DNA from: Lama glama
Taxonomy: Eukaryota
Length of the DNA: 64,000 nucleotides
Reading direction: 5' to 3'
Assembly: GCA_028534125.1 (NCBI GenBank)
Contig: CM052817.1
Coordinates: 22,384,001 to 22,448,000 of the forward strand
The notes beneath the pieces are model-generated. The model worked only from the letters and a program-made list of their open reading frames with translations. It did not search any database and was not told the DNA's origin. Of this stretch, positions 1 to 12,080 are shown piece by piece. The position numbers and the translations under genes were made by a program. How positions within the stretch are numbered: position 1 is the stretch's first letter; each line of letters begins with the position of its first letter.

Positions 1-194
1 AGTGTTATACCTTTAAAGTTCAAGCCTGAGAGGCAGACCTTGAGAATGGGCTATCATGTATATTTCCAACTATAGGCAATATTCTCTTACAAAGGTGCAG
101 AGGCAACATGATTAAGCACAGGGAACAGCATAAAAGTTAGAGCTGAAACTTAATCTGACCCAGGATGGAGTCAGGTTAGTTCTTCTCTGGTACA
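1..194. mobile_element. End of an ERV1-like LTR cut by the window edge, apparently nested in an MLT1A-like LTR
   Basis: Resembles a cetartiodactyl ERV1 LTR (gggctatcatgtatatttcc...aaaggtgcagagg...aagcacagg); ends in ...GGTACA, where MLT1A-like sequence begins abruptly. Confidence 0.5.
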
Positions 195-323
195 GTCCCA
201 TTCATGAAGGCTCCCCCTTGACCTAATCACCTCCCAAAGGCTCCACTTCCAAATACCATCACTTTGGGGGTTAGGATTTCAACATAAGAATTTTGAAGGG
301 ACACAGATATTCACTCTTTAGCA
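195..323 (-). mobile_element. MLT1A/MST-type (ERVL-MaLR) LTR, 5' part
   Basis: cccattcatgaagg...acctaatcacctcccaaaggctccacttccaaataccatcactttgggggttaggatttcaacat is the reverse complement of the MLT1A start; ends in ...TAGCA. Confidence 0.85.
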
Positions 324-799
324 GAATTTATATACTATTAATGACTTAAAATGATAAATGTAGGGAAAGACTATTTACAATTTTTTATTCTGGTATTTTA
401 AAACTTTCTTTTGCTTTACCTTAATTCTCCCTGCAACCTAATTAACTTGTCCATCAGCAAGAACTGAGATTTGCCTTGGAGTAATGATAAAGAGGAATTC
501 AAACTGTTTAAAAATAATACTTGAGTTTATATTGTCACAAAGGCTAAGTTTAACTACAACTGACTTAACTTTAGGGCTCATTCAAGAACTCTGGTTGATG
601 GTACATCATAGAACTTCTTTAAGTAGGAACCCTATAATGATATTTCTGCAAGGAAATTTTAAATTCATCAAACAATCATCCAAGGAAAGCAATAAATCTT
701 TATTTAGACATCTCTTTTTAAAATGTATTTGATTAGATCAATGTTAGGATTTGATTTCTTACTCCCTCATATATGCAGTTCAATTTTTATTGTTAGTAT

Positions 800-1522
800 G
801 TTTTTAATGAATGCATGTTATAATTCTATAATTTGCATATCCATTTTTGTATTTATGGACACTTGAGTGATTTATAGTAGTTAAATTTTTTCCTATTATG
901 AATACAACTGTATAACATTTATTTTCAATTGAAGTATAATTTATATATTATAAAAGTCAGCCTGTAAAGAGTACAGTTATTACTTACATGAAATATATGA
1001 GACATATAGAAAGATGTGTAGTTATCACCCCTCCAAAAAGCTAAAAAATTTTGCCTAATCCAAAGTCACAAATATTTTCTTCTTAAAGCTTATAGTCTTT
1101 AGTTTTATATTTAGATCTATGTTCTATTTTAAGTTATTTATTATGATGTGAGGTATAGATCAAGATTCATTATTTCTTTGAATACAGACATCTAATTTTT
1201 TCAGCATCATTTGTTCCAGCACCAGTTTTCTCAGTACAACTTATTTCTTCATTGAATTGCTTTTTCACCCTTCTGATAGATCAATTGACCACATACATGT
1301 GCGTCTACATCTAGACACTCTAATATGTTCCAGTGATCTCTGAGTCTATGTTTCTTCCCAGTACCACACCATCTTGATTATTGTAGTTGTTCAGTAAGTC
1401 TTGAAAGCAGATAGTGTGAGTCCTTAACTTTTATTATTTTTTTCTCAAAATTAGTTTGAGAACTTTAGATCCTGTTCCCTTTGCTATCAACTATAGAATC
1501 AGCTTATAAGTTTCAACCAAAA
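800..1522 (-). mobile_element. Old L1 (L1M) ORF2 3' region fragment
   Basis: Antisense L1 motifs: tttagatctatg, cagcatcatttgtt, cagtaccacaccatcttgattattgtag, agtcttgaaa. Confidence 0.75.
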
Positions 1523-2062
1523 ATTCGGCATTCAGTCTTTCAGTGTTAAGCATTTTTTGTGCACTAGCATCCACGTACATTTCAGGCCTGCTGTTATCTT
1601 TCCTACCCAGTAAGATTTCTGTAGAGGTAGGTGGAACACAAACTCATGAGAAGGAATGAGTTATGGAGGGAAGGAAAAGCAATTTATCAGTGAGAAAGGC
1701 ACAAAGGAGAAAACAATGAGTGCAGATGCTGGGTTAATTTTCAGATTGTAACAGAATGTGGGCAATATTAATAATTTAATATTGTGTGGTAAGAATGAGT
1801 TTTAGCTCTCATAAGAGTCTGGTTTATTTTTAATGTTCACTGGACCATTATAACAAGAGTTATTATACTAGTTTCAGTCGTGGAATATGTTATCAACAAG
1901 AAAATTTGGATTTTAAAATAATATTAGAAAATACTACAGAAGATGAGATATTTTTACCTAGAAAGTTTATTTTTAAAGTTATTTTCCAAGTGTTTTTGAC
2001 ATATTACATACATTTGTGACTAATAACATTTGTTCATTTTAGGGTTAATATTGGTAAAATCT

Positions 2063-2379
2063 TATATTAGCCTGAAAGAAGCATCATTATTCAAAGAGCA
2101 TAGCAATGATAACCATGGCAGTGGTCTGGCTGGGTGATGACAGCCACTGTACAACTGAGGAAGCAATACTGCATTATGTACATTATGTCTTCCTCCCTCA
2201 GACATAATATTAGCCTTAGAGGCCCCCTCAGCATCCAGTACTCCTCTCCCCAGCTTGTGCCACTCTGTATAGGAAGTTGCAAAAGCCAAGGAGCTGAGTG
2301 AGGAGACAAGGTAGAATTGGGGAGACACTAAGAAAGTCACTGTTTAATTGGCCCAGACAATGGAGTTGATATTCCTACA
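2063..2379. mobile_element. Probable ancient LTR fragment, family unassigned
   Basis: GC-elevated block in AT-rich flanks, ending ...gatattcctaca; LTR-like composition only. Confidence 0.3.
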
Positions 2380-3987
2380 ATGCAATTTGTGGAGTCAAAG
2401 AAAAATTATTTTTATGCTATAGATACACATACTAAATATGCACTTAGGCTATTTTAACTTCAAGAAATATATAGTCTATATCTCTCCCATTTAATAATAA
2501 TAATAATTATTATTTTAATATTTCTGTATGTAACTAGTTATATGCTACTGGGATCTATACATGAAATTCACTTTGATTTTCCATTTTTATCGCTGATTTT
2601 TTTCTATTAAAAAATAAAATATTATATGTCCTCACAACAACTTGCAAGATAACTATTTGAATCCATTACATACTCTATCCACCCATTGATAAAGTTAATC
2701 TACAAATTTTTGTTGAGCACAAACTATGTTCATGGTAATATTGTTTTGTAGAACTAATAAAAGTAAAGAAAATATATCCTCTGTTTCAAATGACTTACAG
2801 TCTAAACAGAAACAAAACAAAAACAATGAAATCAATTTAAAAAACTCAGGGACATTAAGGACGGAATGGAATTGCATTTTGATGGCTCTTTTGATCTATA
2901 GATGGCATAAGGTGATATCACTTAAAATGAAAATTTGGGAAATCTGTAGGTAAGACATCCATCTGAGCATTTCAGTATTAATTCTGAAATAAATCAACAC
3001 AGACACTTTTTTTTCTTACTGTTTTTCTAGTTGAACACTAAACGAAGCAGTTGGCTTCCTTGTATTTGAAGGCCAAGAAGGCAGAAGAAGAAAAATTATC
3101 TTCAAATGCTACTCAATTCACTGTTGATCATGGAAGTTGGGTATTGAAACTGGCTGAAAGAATAGCAGGTTAACCTTTACTGTATCACCTTCATTAGAAG
3201 ACCTCTATTCATTGAGCAGAAAGGCAAGTGGCATGCACTATTTAAATTCCTGTTCATTCTCTTTCTTTTTGCTTTCTCTGTCTTTTGATTCACTTATAGC
3301 TGATTTTCATCAGCTGAAAAATATATGCATGCTACGTCTTTAGTGTTACTTCAAAAATAATTTTAAAACTTGTATGTTAACAAACATACATGTACCATAA
3401 GGACATCATATGTACGAATTGGTTGTAAGTGTTTAAAATACAAATACACTTGACCTCCAACAATTTCTGCAAAATCCAAATCTGCAAGGATTGGCATCAA
3501 ATTCCACTAAATAATTTCCCTTATCTTAGTACACATAAAGCATTAATACTAATTTGTAGATGATTTTTGAGATAAGAACAGCAGGAGGTTTTAGTAATAA
3601 TAACTATCAAACAAAGAGATCTCTAAAAGAACTTTCAAAACACAGTATGAAAAGATATTCTTTTAACTTGGTAGTCACTCACCTTACATTTTCTGACGTT
3701 GTGCCACATTATCTTGGGGCTGATAGTAATTTGTGAAGGTCATTTCTTCAACCCTCTTCTGATAAGAGGACTCAATTCAGACAAGTACAATTGAACACTA
3801 GATATGGGATAACAAAGGAGACAAAATAGTAGAGCGATCACAAAGGAAGAAGGGGAGTTGTAGGAGAGAAGAGAGGAATCTACAAGCAGCAATCAATTTA
3901 GAATCAGAGTTCATTGTCCTTTCAAGCAGACCATTCAATCCATTTATAGCAGTTTTTACTTTTCCTGTGGCCTAGAATTTGTTAGAA

Positions 3988-4055
3988 GAAGGAGAAGGAG
4001 AAAGAGAGGGAGAGAGGGAGGAGGAGGTGGGAGGGAAAAGGGGAGGGAGAGGGAG
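3988..4055 (+). repeat. Purine-rich (GA/GGGA) low-complexity tract
   Basis: gaaggagaaggagaaagagagggagagagggaggaggaggtgggagggaaaagggagggagagggag. Confidence 0.9.
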
Positions 4056-4532
4056 ACCTGGCTCACTCACCCAAGCATATTGTGAACCATTATTATAGTG
4101 CCAGACCGCATGAACTCATTATTCTGCTCGCAGTTCTTCAAGAGAGACCCTACACTTCTTCAAAAACACCAGATATTGACAAGAGAGAGTACCTGTCATT
4201 ATAGATCAAATTGGATTTAACGGTTCAGCTCAAATACAAAGCAGGCTAAGACCCAAGAAAGAAGAAGAACTGACCAGTCCCTCTGCTCTTGGGAAAACAG
4301 TAATTTTGATAACTGCAATTAGGTTCTGCCTCAAACAGAAAACCTCCTCCAAAAAACAAACAAACAAACAAAAAAACAGAGAGAGAGGATTTTCTATATT
4401 TGTAAATGTGCATTCACTACATGAATAAAACTCTCAATGCTTCTAGGCCAAGCTACTGGAGTTAGATAACTAATATTAATGGCTAAGCAAAGATGTTGCA
4501 GTTGAGTAAGTTTAATTATGGCAAACTCATTC

Positions 4533-5035
4533 TGTTGTTGAAATCAAGTTCCTGTGCCCTGTGCACAGTGAAGCCCAACAAACCAAAACGTCGGAGTCTG
4601 GAGCAGAGAAAGGAATATTTATTGGGGGACCAGGCAAGAAGAGCAGACCTGCTCCTGTTCAAAAGACCCGAACTTCCTGCTGAGTTGCAGGGAAGTTTTT
4701 GTAGGCAAAATTTGGAGGGAGGTCTTCAGGGTGTGTAGCTCCTCTGATTGGTTGGTGGTGAGGCAACCAGTCCGGGGTCCACATGTTTGTGCTCCACCTG
4801 AACTGATCATTCTTGACCTGCAGGAAGCTTTAGTTTCCGGAGAACTCAGAGATAAACATCAGATTGTTACGCACATCCCCAGGCCCATGCCCCATCCTGC
4901 GCTATTGTTTCTGTCTTCATTCCTCACTTCTCCAATTAGTAACTGTTTGAATCTGCTTTTTCCTACATACAAGAAATGGAGGACAGAGAAAAGCCATCGT
5001 ATTTGGGAGCGCCCAAGGGTTCCTGCACGATTTCA
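4533..5035 (-). mobile_element. ERV1-class solo LTR (~500 bp)
   Basis: TG...CA termini; minus-strand AATAAA (tttatt near 4618); retains CpGs; flanks attc/atct are only an imperfect TSD. Confidence 0.75.
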
Positions 5036-6468
5036 ATCTAGCACTTTTCCACCTTCAGTAATACAAGCCTATTTTATTCAAAACTTTAATCACACAAACC
5101 TATCTGTCTATCTATCTATCTATCTGATGTCCAGATTTAAGTCATTCAAAAATTTAATCTCATATAACAGTATTTCTAGATATATAAACACAACTATTTA
5201 GCTTAAGAAAACGTGGTCTGTATAATTAAACAGGACTTGGCTAACCAAACAAGAATTGATTTTAAATTTCATGGCTTTTCGTAGAAAATTCTCTTTGTGG
5301 TATATTAGAAATATTCTAGGATCAAGGACCAGTGGACTCCATTTCATGTTTTGGATATAACACTTACAAGAAATTAAATCTTAGAGGGGTCACTCTCGCT
5401 CTGCTTTTAATAGTGTTAGTTTCCTTTTCATTGAATAAGACATGGCACAGAGCTGTTATTGAGAATGGTGAGGATCAAATGTGAATGTAAGTTGAGAAAC
5501 AATTAGGTGTTATTGAGATAAAATTATTTATAATGTTTTTAAAGTATAGTTCAAATCCAGGTAAATACATCATGATAAGTGAAACACCAGGTTGCAGTGA
5601 TGTATATAATACTCTTCCATTTCTAAAATAGGGTAAAATTACTTTGAGTTTGCAGTCATAGTAATCTGAAAGCCTTGGACATATTAAAGATCGTCGGTAA
5701 CAAAATTGGATAGCAATCCTTTTGTTTGCTTAAAGTCTTATGTATGGGATTCATTAAGTTAGGTTTGACATTGCAAGTGCAGAATCCTGGTCTGCTGGTA
5801 GAGCACTGAGTTCCCTATACCAACAGTGGTTGTCTAGAAATTAGTTTTGTAATAAAAGAATGAAATAAATTCGTGGTTTGATTACTTCTAAGAAAAATCA
5901 TTTTTATTACATTTCCATTTAAATAGTCTCAAAGTAATTATTAAATAAGATAATAGGAAAACATGGCTGTGCTGAAATCATCAGACTATTCCTTGGGATA
6001 TAACGCCATCAAAAAAAAAAAACATGCTCTTCAGCCTGTTGTGTTTCCATGACTAACACCTTCTCAAATAAAGTAGGGTGTTAAGCTGAGGAAATTTGAA
6101 AACCCAGAAATTTTAAATCACTAGGATACAACTTAGTACATCAAGTGGCAGCATTAATAATGTAACAGATAGAACATTTTTGTAAATTCCTGTTGATGAA
6201 AGACACAATTGCCTTATAACTCGTCAACAGTCCTAGGCACTATTCTATTTCATAAAAATCTTTTGAGGGCTTTGCAAATGCCTAGGACTGAACATCTTTT
6301 TTTTTATCATTTACTCTGTACTTCAACTTTATCAATAGTATGGTTATAAATGACCTGAAAGAGCCTCTTAGAGCACATGACATACTTAGTGTGGTGAAGC
6401 ACACTGTGTAATGTTGCAAATTCTTCAAATTATTTTTGGAATGAATTTAACTCCACCATACTTGGGAA

Positions 6469-6544
6469 CTCTCTCTCTCTCTCTCTTTTACCCACACATA
6501 CCCACATCCACACACACACGCACACACACATGCACACACACACA
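6469..6544. repeat. Compound (CT)n-(CA)n microsatellite
   Basis: Direct reading. Confidence 0.95.
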
Positions 6545-7869
6545 GGGTATATTATTTCTATTGGCTGAAAATAAGTAAAGCCAGAGAGAATTTAGCATTT
6601 TCTCGTAATAGGATTAAAACAATTTCCTTATAGCATGGACATACATAAATGACCTATGTATTATATTCTTAATAAATCCAGTGTTTATTTCTAATCCCAA
6701 ATTAATATATATATACACATATATGTATACATACACACATATATGCATATATTTATATGAAATATTTTGTAAGTCTATCAAATTTTTAATTTTATTTTTT
6801 AATAAACTGAATATTTTAAAATTGTGTTAAACCTAATAGATATATGCCAGTATTTATAGCTATGGAAAGATGAACTTTTTTTGAAAGTGCCTATACCATG
6901 CAATAGGCATTATTTTATTGTCAACTGTTCAGATCTAATACAGTCCTGATACAGCTAAAATGCAATATTTTTTTAAAAGCATTCCATTTTGAGTTTTCAC
7001 TTTAAATGTAGGAGGAAGAGTGAAAAGATCTAATTTCTTCCTTATGAGTTATCATTGAGTCTAGCCATTAAAAAAAAAACTTAATAATATATAGGTTTCA
7101 TTTTATTTTTATACACAAAAGACTAACTCCAGCAAAACTTAGATAATATCTCTTTTGAGAAAAGTAGTGTGATACTTTTGACAGTTCCTTGACTTCCTTT
7201 TGGGTGACCCTGAATTGGTAATGATATCTTATGTTTAAGAAGGATCATCAATCTTAGAGCATCTCAGTGACAATCTCAGTGTCAATTTCTTTATCACGTT
7301 GGATACATACCTGAAATGCTTGTACTTATACTGAATGAAGAGATCCTCAGGGTTACATAAATAACCACTAGCACAGAACAAAGTCATCCATTCTTTAAAG
7401 AAATAGGTAATTTATCTCAATCTTTATAAAAAAGTGATTGAAACTAGTGGGAAAAAGTCATGAAACCAAAGTGATGATACATTTCATTTTATATCTTGGG
7501 GAGCTGGAAGTTTTGTTATTCTATGGTCTAATCATTTCTCAAATGCTGTTATAATTCCCACAACTATTGCTGTGGAGTTGTGCATTACTAAATCTTAATC
7601 ATGATTTTAAAGTCAACATCAATGATTTGTTGAAATATGTTTCTTAAAAATCTTAAGAGTGAATTTCCTGTTTTACTTTGAATAGCATGGGGTATTAGCT
7701 TAAATCTTCTGCTAACTTTTTCCCTATTTTAAAATGCAGTTAGAACCCCCAAAACTGTATCTCAGAATTTCTGTGAGATCCACACTTCGTGTGCGACTGG
7801 CTGTTAGTATCCCTCCCCACCCTTGCCTCAAATCAAAAATTTTGTGAATCTGATTATTGTCTAGGGTTT

Positions 7870-8160
7870 CTGACCTCAAGTGAAAGAGGTGTCCATCCCT
7901 CCAATTGCATAAGCCAAATACAATAAGCCAAACATTTGGGAGCCATTTCCTTTCACTCATCTTCAATATCTAAGGTCTCACCAAGATCTGATCAGTTTTA
8001 GTTTCCAGACATTTTTCAATTATATAACCTGCTGTCATAAATCTCCAGGATACAGCACCATGCCCATGTGTTTTTACTGCACTTACGTTTTTTTTTTTCA
8101 TTTGTTTGTTTAAATAGCCTCCTCTCCTTTAATATGTATTCTACAAATTGTTCACCTTGA
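7870..8160 (+). mobile_element. L2 fragment
   Basis: ccatccctccaattgcataagccaaa...tgggagccat...caccaagatctgatc...aatagcctcct resembles the L2 3' region. Confidence 0.55.
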
Positions 8161-8179
8161 GTGTGGCATCTTCTCCCTG

Positions 8180-8320
8180 CCAGTACCCTGATTAATACAA
8201 TAATAATATTTATTTATCTAATAAGATTTTTGTGAAGAGTAAATGCAGCAATACGTATAGAGTACTGAGAACAGTGCTTATAACATTAAAAAACCCACAA
8301 TAAATATTAGCCATTTTTAC
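8180..8320 (+). mobile_element. MIR SINE 3' part
   Basis: tttgtgaagagtaaatgcag...agaacagtgctta...caataaatattagccatt. Confidence 0.65.
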
Positions 8321-8522
8321 CAAATATTTCAATTGTAGGTATATATTTATACCTTAGCACTTTAGGCGTAGGCTTTTCCCAAAACAGTAAAACATTTTAA
8401 TTTGCCCTTTGAGATAAAACTGCTTTATATTGATATTAATAAGCACTGATGGAGAAATGATACCTGATAGATACACATACTTATAATACAGACCCTCCCA
8501 TTTTCCAGAACAATGACACTCC

Positions 8523-8886
8523 TGTTGGAGGAGGTCATTGAGGGACTGTGACCTCCAGCTGACCCTACAGCTGGATGTGGTCAAAGTCTCCCGACCCCCT
8601 CCCCTGTCATTGGAATGTACATTCTGCCTACCATCCCCACACCAGGAGCTGTTTCAAGGTTCTAGCCTTAAGAGACTAAGGTACTGTTGAGACCATCTGA
8701 ATGGTATATGTGATGACACAGTTAAGGCCTCTGGAGGGCAGGAGTGGAGATCTACTTGTCTTGTGGCTGCCCAAGGCAAGCCTTGTATGTTAAGTTCCCT
8801 TGCTTAATAAAACTGTCACCTACCAATCTGGAGTGTCTAGCTTCTTTCTTCAGTCTTTCCTAGTGCACTGTGTGTAAGGACCAACA
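8523..8886 (+). mobile_element. Solo LTR (364 bp), probably ERVL class
   Basis: Perfect terminal inverted repeat TGTTGG...CCAACA; AATAAA near 8806; 5-bp TSD actcc/cctcc with one mismatch. Confidence 0.8.
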
Positions 8887-9399
8887 CCTCCCTATATGCT
8901 TCTTATAAATTTGACTTAATATGTAATACGCTCCATATAAGTTTGACTTAATCGTGTAAGTTACAGCCAGCTATCATAGTAAAATTTTAAAAAATCAATG
9001 AACTATTCTATTGAGTAGACTAATGATATGTGGTATATTTATAATACTGATGATACAATGCTAGCAACATGTTGATTATAACTTGCTATTTTGTTTCCAA
9101 TCTGCTTTCCGCCCCCAATTTCTTTTTTACTTATTTAGTTATTTATTATTTAACTGAAGAGTTGAGTTCATCAACAAAAATTTTGGAGAACACATGGTTT
9201 ATACCAGCTATCGTAGATCAGTTTTGAAAAATATAATATTTTGATTATTTTTTTCAGTCATGGAAAAAAAATTACCCTCCCCAGCAAAAAAATACATTAT
9301 ATATTTTATTGCCTTAGTTCTCTTTCAGAACCATCAAGACCACTCACCAAAAAAGAATTAGACAGCAGGAAATCAATGTGATGTTCTGTGGTACGTTAC

Positions 9400-11675
9400 A
9401 CTGGTTCAGATCAATTTAGGCCACATTATGACAGATAGCATTGGAGTTAATATGACTTGAAACAAAACTGAAAGTGAATATTCTTGTCCATTCCCATCTG
9501 AATGTAGACTGTTTCTGATCCTTTTTTGTAATTGGAATGGAGAAGAAAGTATTTCTTAACATGCTGTGTAGCAAGTAAACATTTGGCACAGCAGCTGCAG
9601 TTATGGATACAACATGGTTGAACTCAGGGTAGTCTGAAGTTTTCCTCCAGCAGTCATCTGAGTTTTTCAAGAGTCAAGATGGTAACATGAACCAAAATAT
9701 GATAGATAGACTCAACCCTGCCTTTATTAGGGATTTACTGGTAGTACTAATCACTGCCACCGTCCACAGAATGAAATACACATTTTTAAATTTATTATCT
9801 CAACTAGAGGAAAGCAGAACAATTCAAAGGCTTCTGTTACGTATTTCCCACTATTAATAATTCATTCCATATTCCAAGCTGCCAGTGCTTGGGTTACTTC
9901 AATTTCTCAGTATATCAATTCCATTATATACTTCAGGCGGGCCTAAAGGACCACAGAGATTTCACTTTGAAACAGAATTTAGCCGGAAGTTCATTTACTA
10001 ATCTGGCCCCACTTAGCCCGATTCTGCAACAAGTCGTGATGATCCTGCGAATCTCAGGTTATCAATGTCACTCTGGTCTTTTGTCCACAACCCTCAATAT
10101 GTCTCGGTATTTCCCGTTCCTCGGTGTTCAATTTTACTGGAACAGATGGATGAAGACATTTTCTATAGATAATTGTTATGGTGTTGCAGGCTCCTTCCTC
10201 TTAGAGATCCAGTCACTTCTTCAGTCCCTGGGTTCCAAATCAGAAAAACAGCTCAAGTCCAGACACTGAGGAAAGGATTGTAGCTTTTTATTGGGGCAAC
10301 TGCCTCAGCCTCCTGCTCCTTCATTCTCAGTTTTATTTGGTTTCATGTGTTAAGGAGCAACCTTATCAACTACCAATCTGTTTTGTCTCTAAGTGTCACA
10401 CACTCTATCAACATCTTCACAACACCTCATGAGTCTCACATCTCTTCATTTTCCTCCAGTTTGCCAGGGCATTACAATAAAACACAGCCTCCAGTTCTGG
10501 AGATCGTGTTGCCACCTGGCCTACGTTAACTCGGGACCTGTCATTCACAATGGATATTAATGGGCTCCATCTGTGACTCTTACCTTCATACCTGCCTTGC
10601 ACAGGGCAATCACCACCACAGTTCTTAGTGATACTGGTGTCCTCCTTGTAAGTGCATTGCTAATGGCCCCAGTGAAGGGTGTGCCCTCTGGGCTATCCTG
10701 TAAAACATGATGATCTGGTGGCTCTTCTGGACTTACTTATATAGCATTCCAGCATGAGCACTGCGTTCTTTATTTCTGCTTCCTTTGTCTACCAGAAGAT
10801 CTTGGACAACTCTACATCATCTCACCTCTAAGTAATACCTAGTGGTGAGTTTGCACCAGCCTGTAAGGTTTCTGTGCTGATAAAGTGCCCACAAATCAAC
10901 TCAATCTTGTTTCTCTAGTTTTCCATTCTGGTCCCCTTGATGGAACACTAAAATCCAATCGCAAGATAATGCTTTGGCCCCTGTCAGTACGTGCTAATTG
11001 CTACTTCTCCTTTTATTTATAATCTCTTTCCTACTTTATCAAGCTCAACATTCCCTTAGCCAGGCCATGCTGGAATTAATTGGTGAAGGAAGGGGTTCTT
11101 CTCAGCAGAGTGTACTGTCAAGACTTACCAGGGAATGATAAGGCTCAAAGGAATCTGCCATATCCTCAAGAGCTTTATACAGATGGACCCATCCCATGTG
11201 TTAGGACCAGGGCCGTGACTTTAGCATAAGATGCCTACTTTAGATGAGCATTAGAATGCTTCTGCATCTCTGTGGTACCTGATGCTCATCAGTTTCTGCT
11301 CTTGGCTAGCATCTTCACACTCTCACAGTTAGCCTTTGACTGCTTGTTTCTCATCACCCCTCTTCAATGAATAAATTCAACTTAATAATCAGCCAATATT
11401 GCTATTTATTTAAGTCTTGTCACCACACCACCCCCCACCCTACCAATTATTTAAAACGCCTGAATCATTGTACGTACAAGGGTTAGCTGCAAAAGAAATC
11501 TTTAGCCCTTGGGATGCTGTCTTGCATCACGTTCTATCAATCAGTGGTCCTCCTACATACAGGATTGTGTCTTCTTTTTCTTCCAGACCAGGAATGATCA
11601 AGTTGAAAATCTTCATTTTGCCACCTGTTTTTTCAAGTATCAGAGTACCTTCTGCATTCATTTAGAATCACCAAA
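9400..11675 (-). mobile_element. Ancient ERVL-class internal region (ERV3-16A3-like): gag, protease and partial RT remnants
   Basis: Minus ORF 9416-9670 contains NTFFSIPITKKDQKQSTFRW...INSNAICHNV, matching the ERV-L RT pattern DLxNAFFSIP...Q.QFAF.W...NSPA.CHN; abuts an LTR16-like LTR. Confidence 0.75.
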
Positions 11676-12080
11676 TGCCACATACCTAGACAGAATGGAC
11701 ATTCAAGATGTTTACAGTAGGAGGAGCAGGAAAACAAGAGTAGAGTGTTTATGTTGAAACCCTGGTCTGACACCTGTGGAAGCAAAGAAGGAAGGAAGGA
11801 AGCCTCGGGACAAAGATTCTTGGATGCAGCATGGTTCCAACAAAGATTTGGCCAAACTAAAAAGGAGTCCTTGAGCTCCAGTCTCCTGTTGGAAGATGCC
11901 TGTATCTCACTGTAATGAATCCGCGTACGTAGCCTTGTTGTGCTCCGTCATTGGCTCCAAGGCCTGGGGCAAACATAACCTCAGTGGATGCAGTGGGAGA
12001 GCCAAAGGCACAGCGGCTGGAGGCTTTGATAAAGTACGGGCCCCCCAGAAGAGCTGAGTGGCTCATCGCCACAGCTGTCA
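11676..12080 (-). mobile_element. LTR16-like ERVL LTR (5' LTR of the 9400-11675 relic)
   Basis: aaggaaggaagcctc...gatttggcca...tgtgctccgtcattggct...ccaaaggcacagcggctggaggct resembles LTR16 antisense; minus-strand end ...GGCA is followed by TTTGGT, a possible PBS remnant. Confidence 0.7.

Noticed and set aside
4493..5201. Overlapping ORFs of 81 and 156 aa
   Set aside because: Lie antisense within a solo LTR and adjacent simple repeat; no recognisable domain
8903..8965. Imperfect direct repeat (tataa.tttgacttaat..gtaa twice), superficially like a repeat-spacer unit
   Set aside because: Only two copies; an ordinary local duplication in mammalian DNA, not a CRISPR-like array
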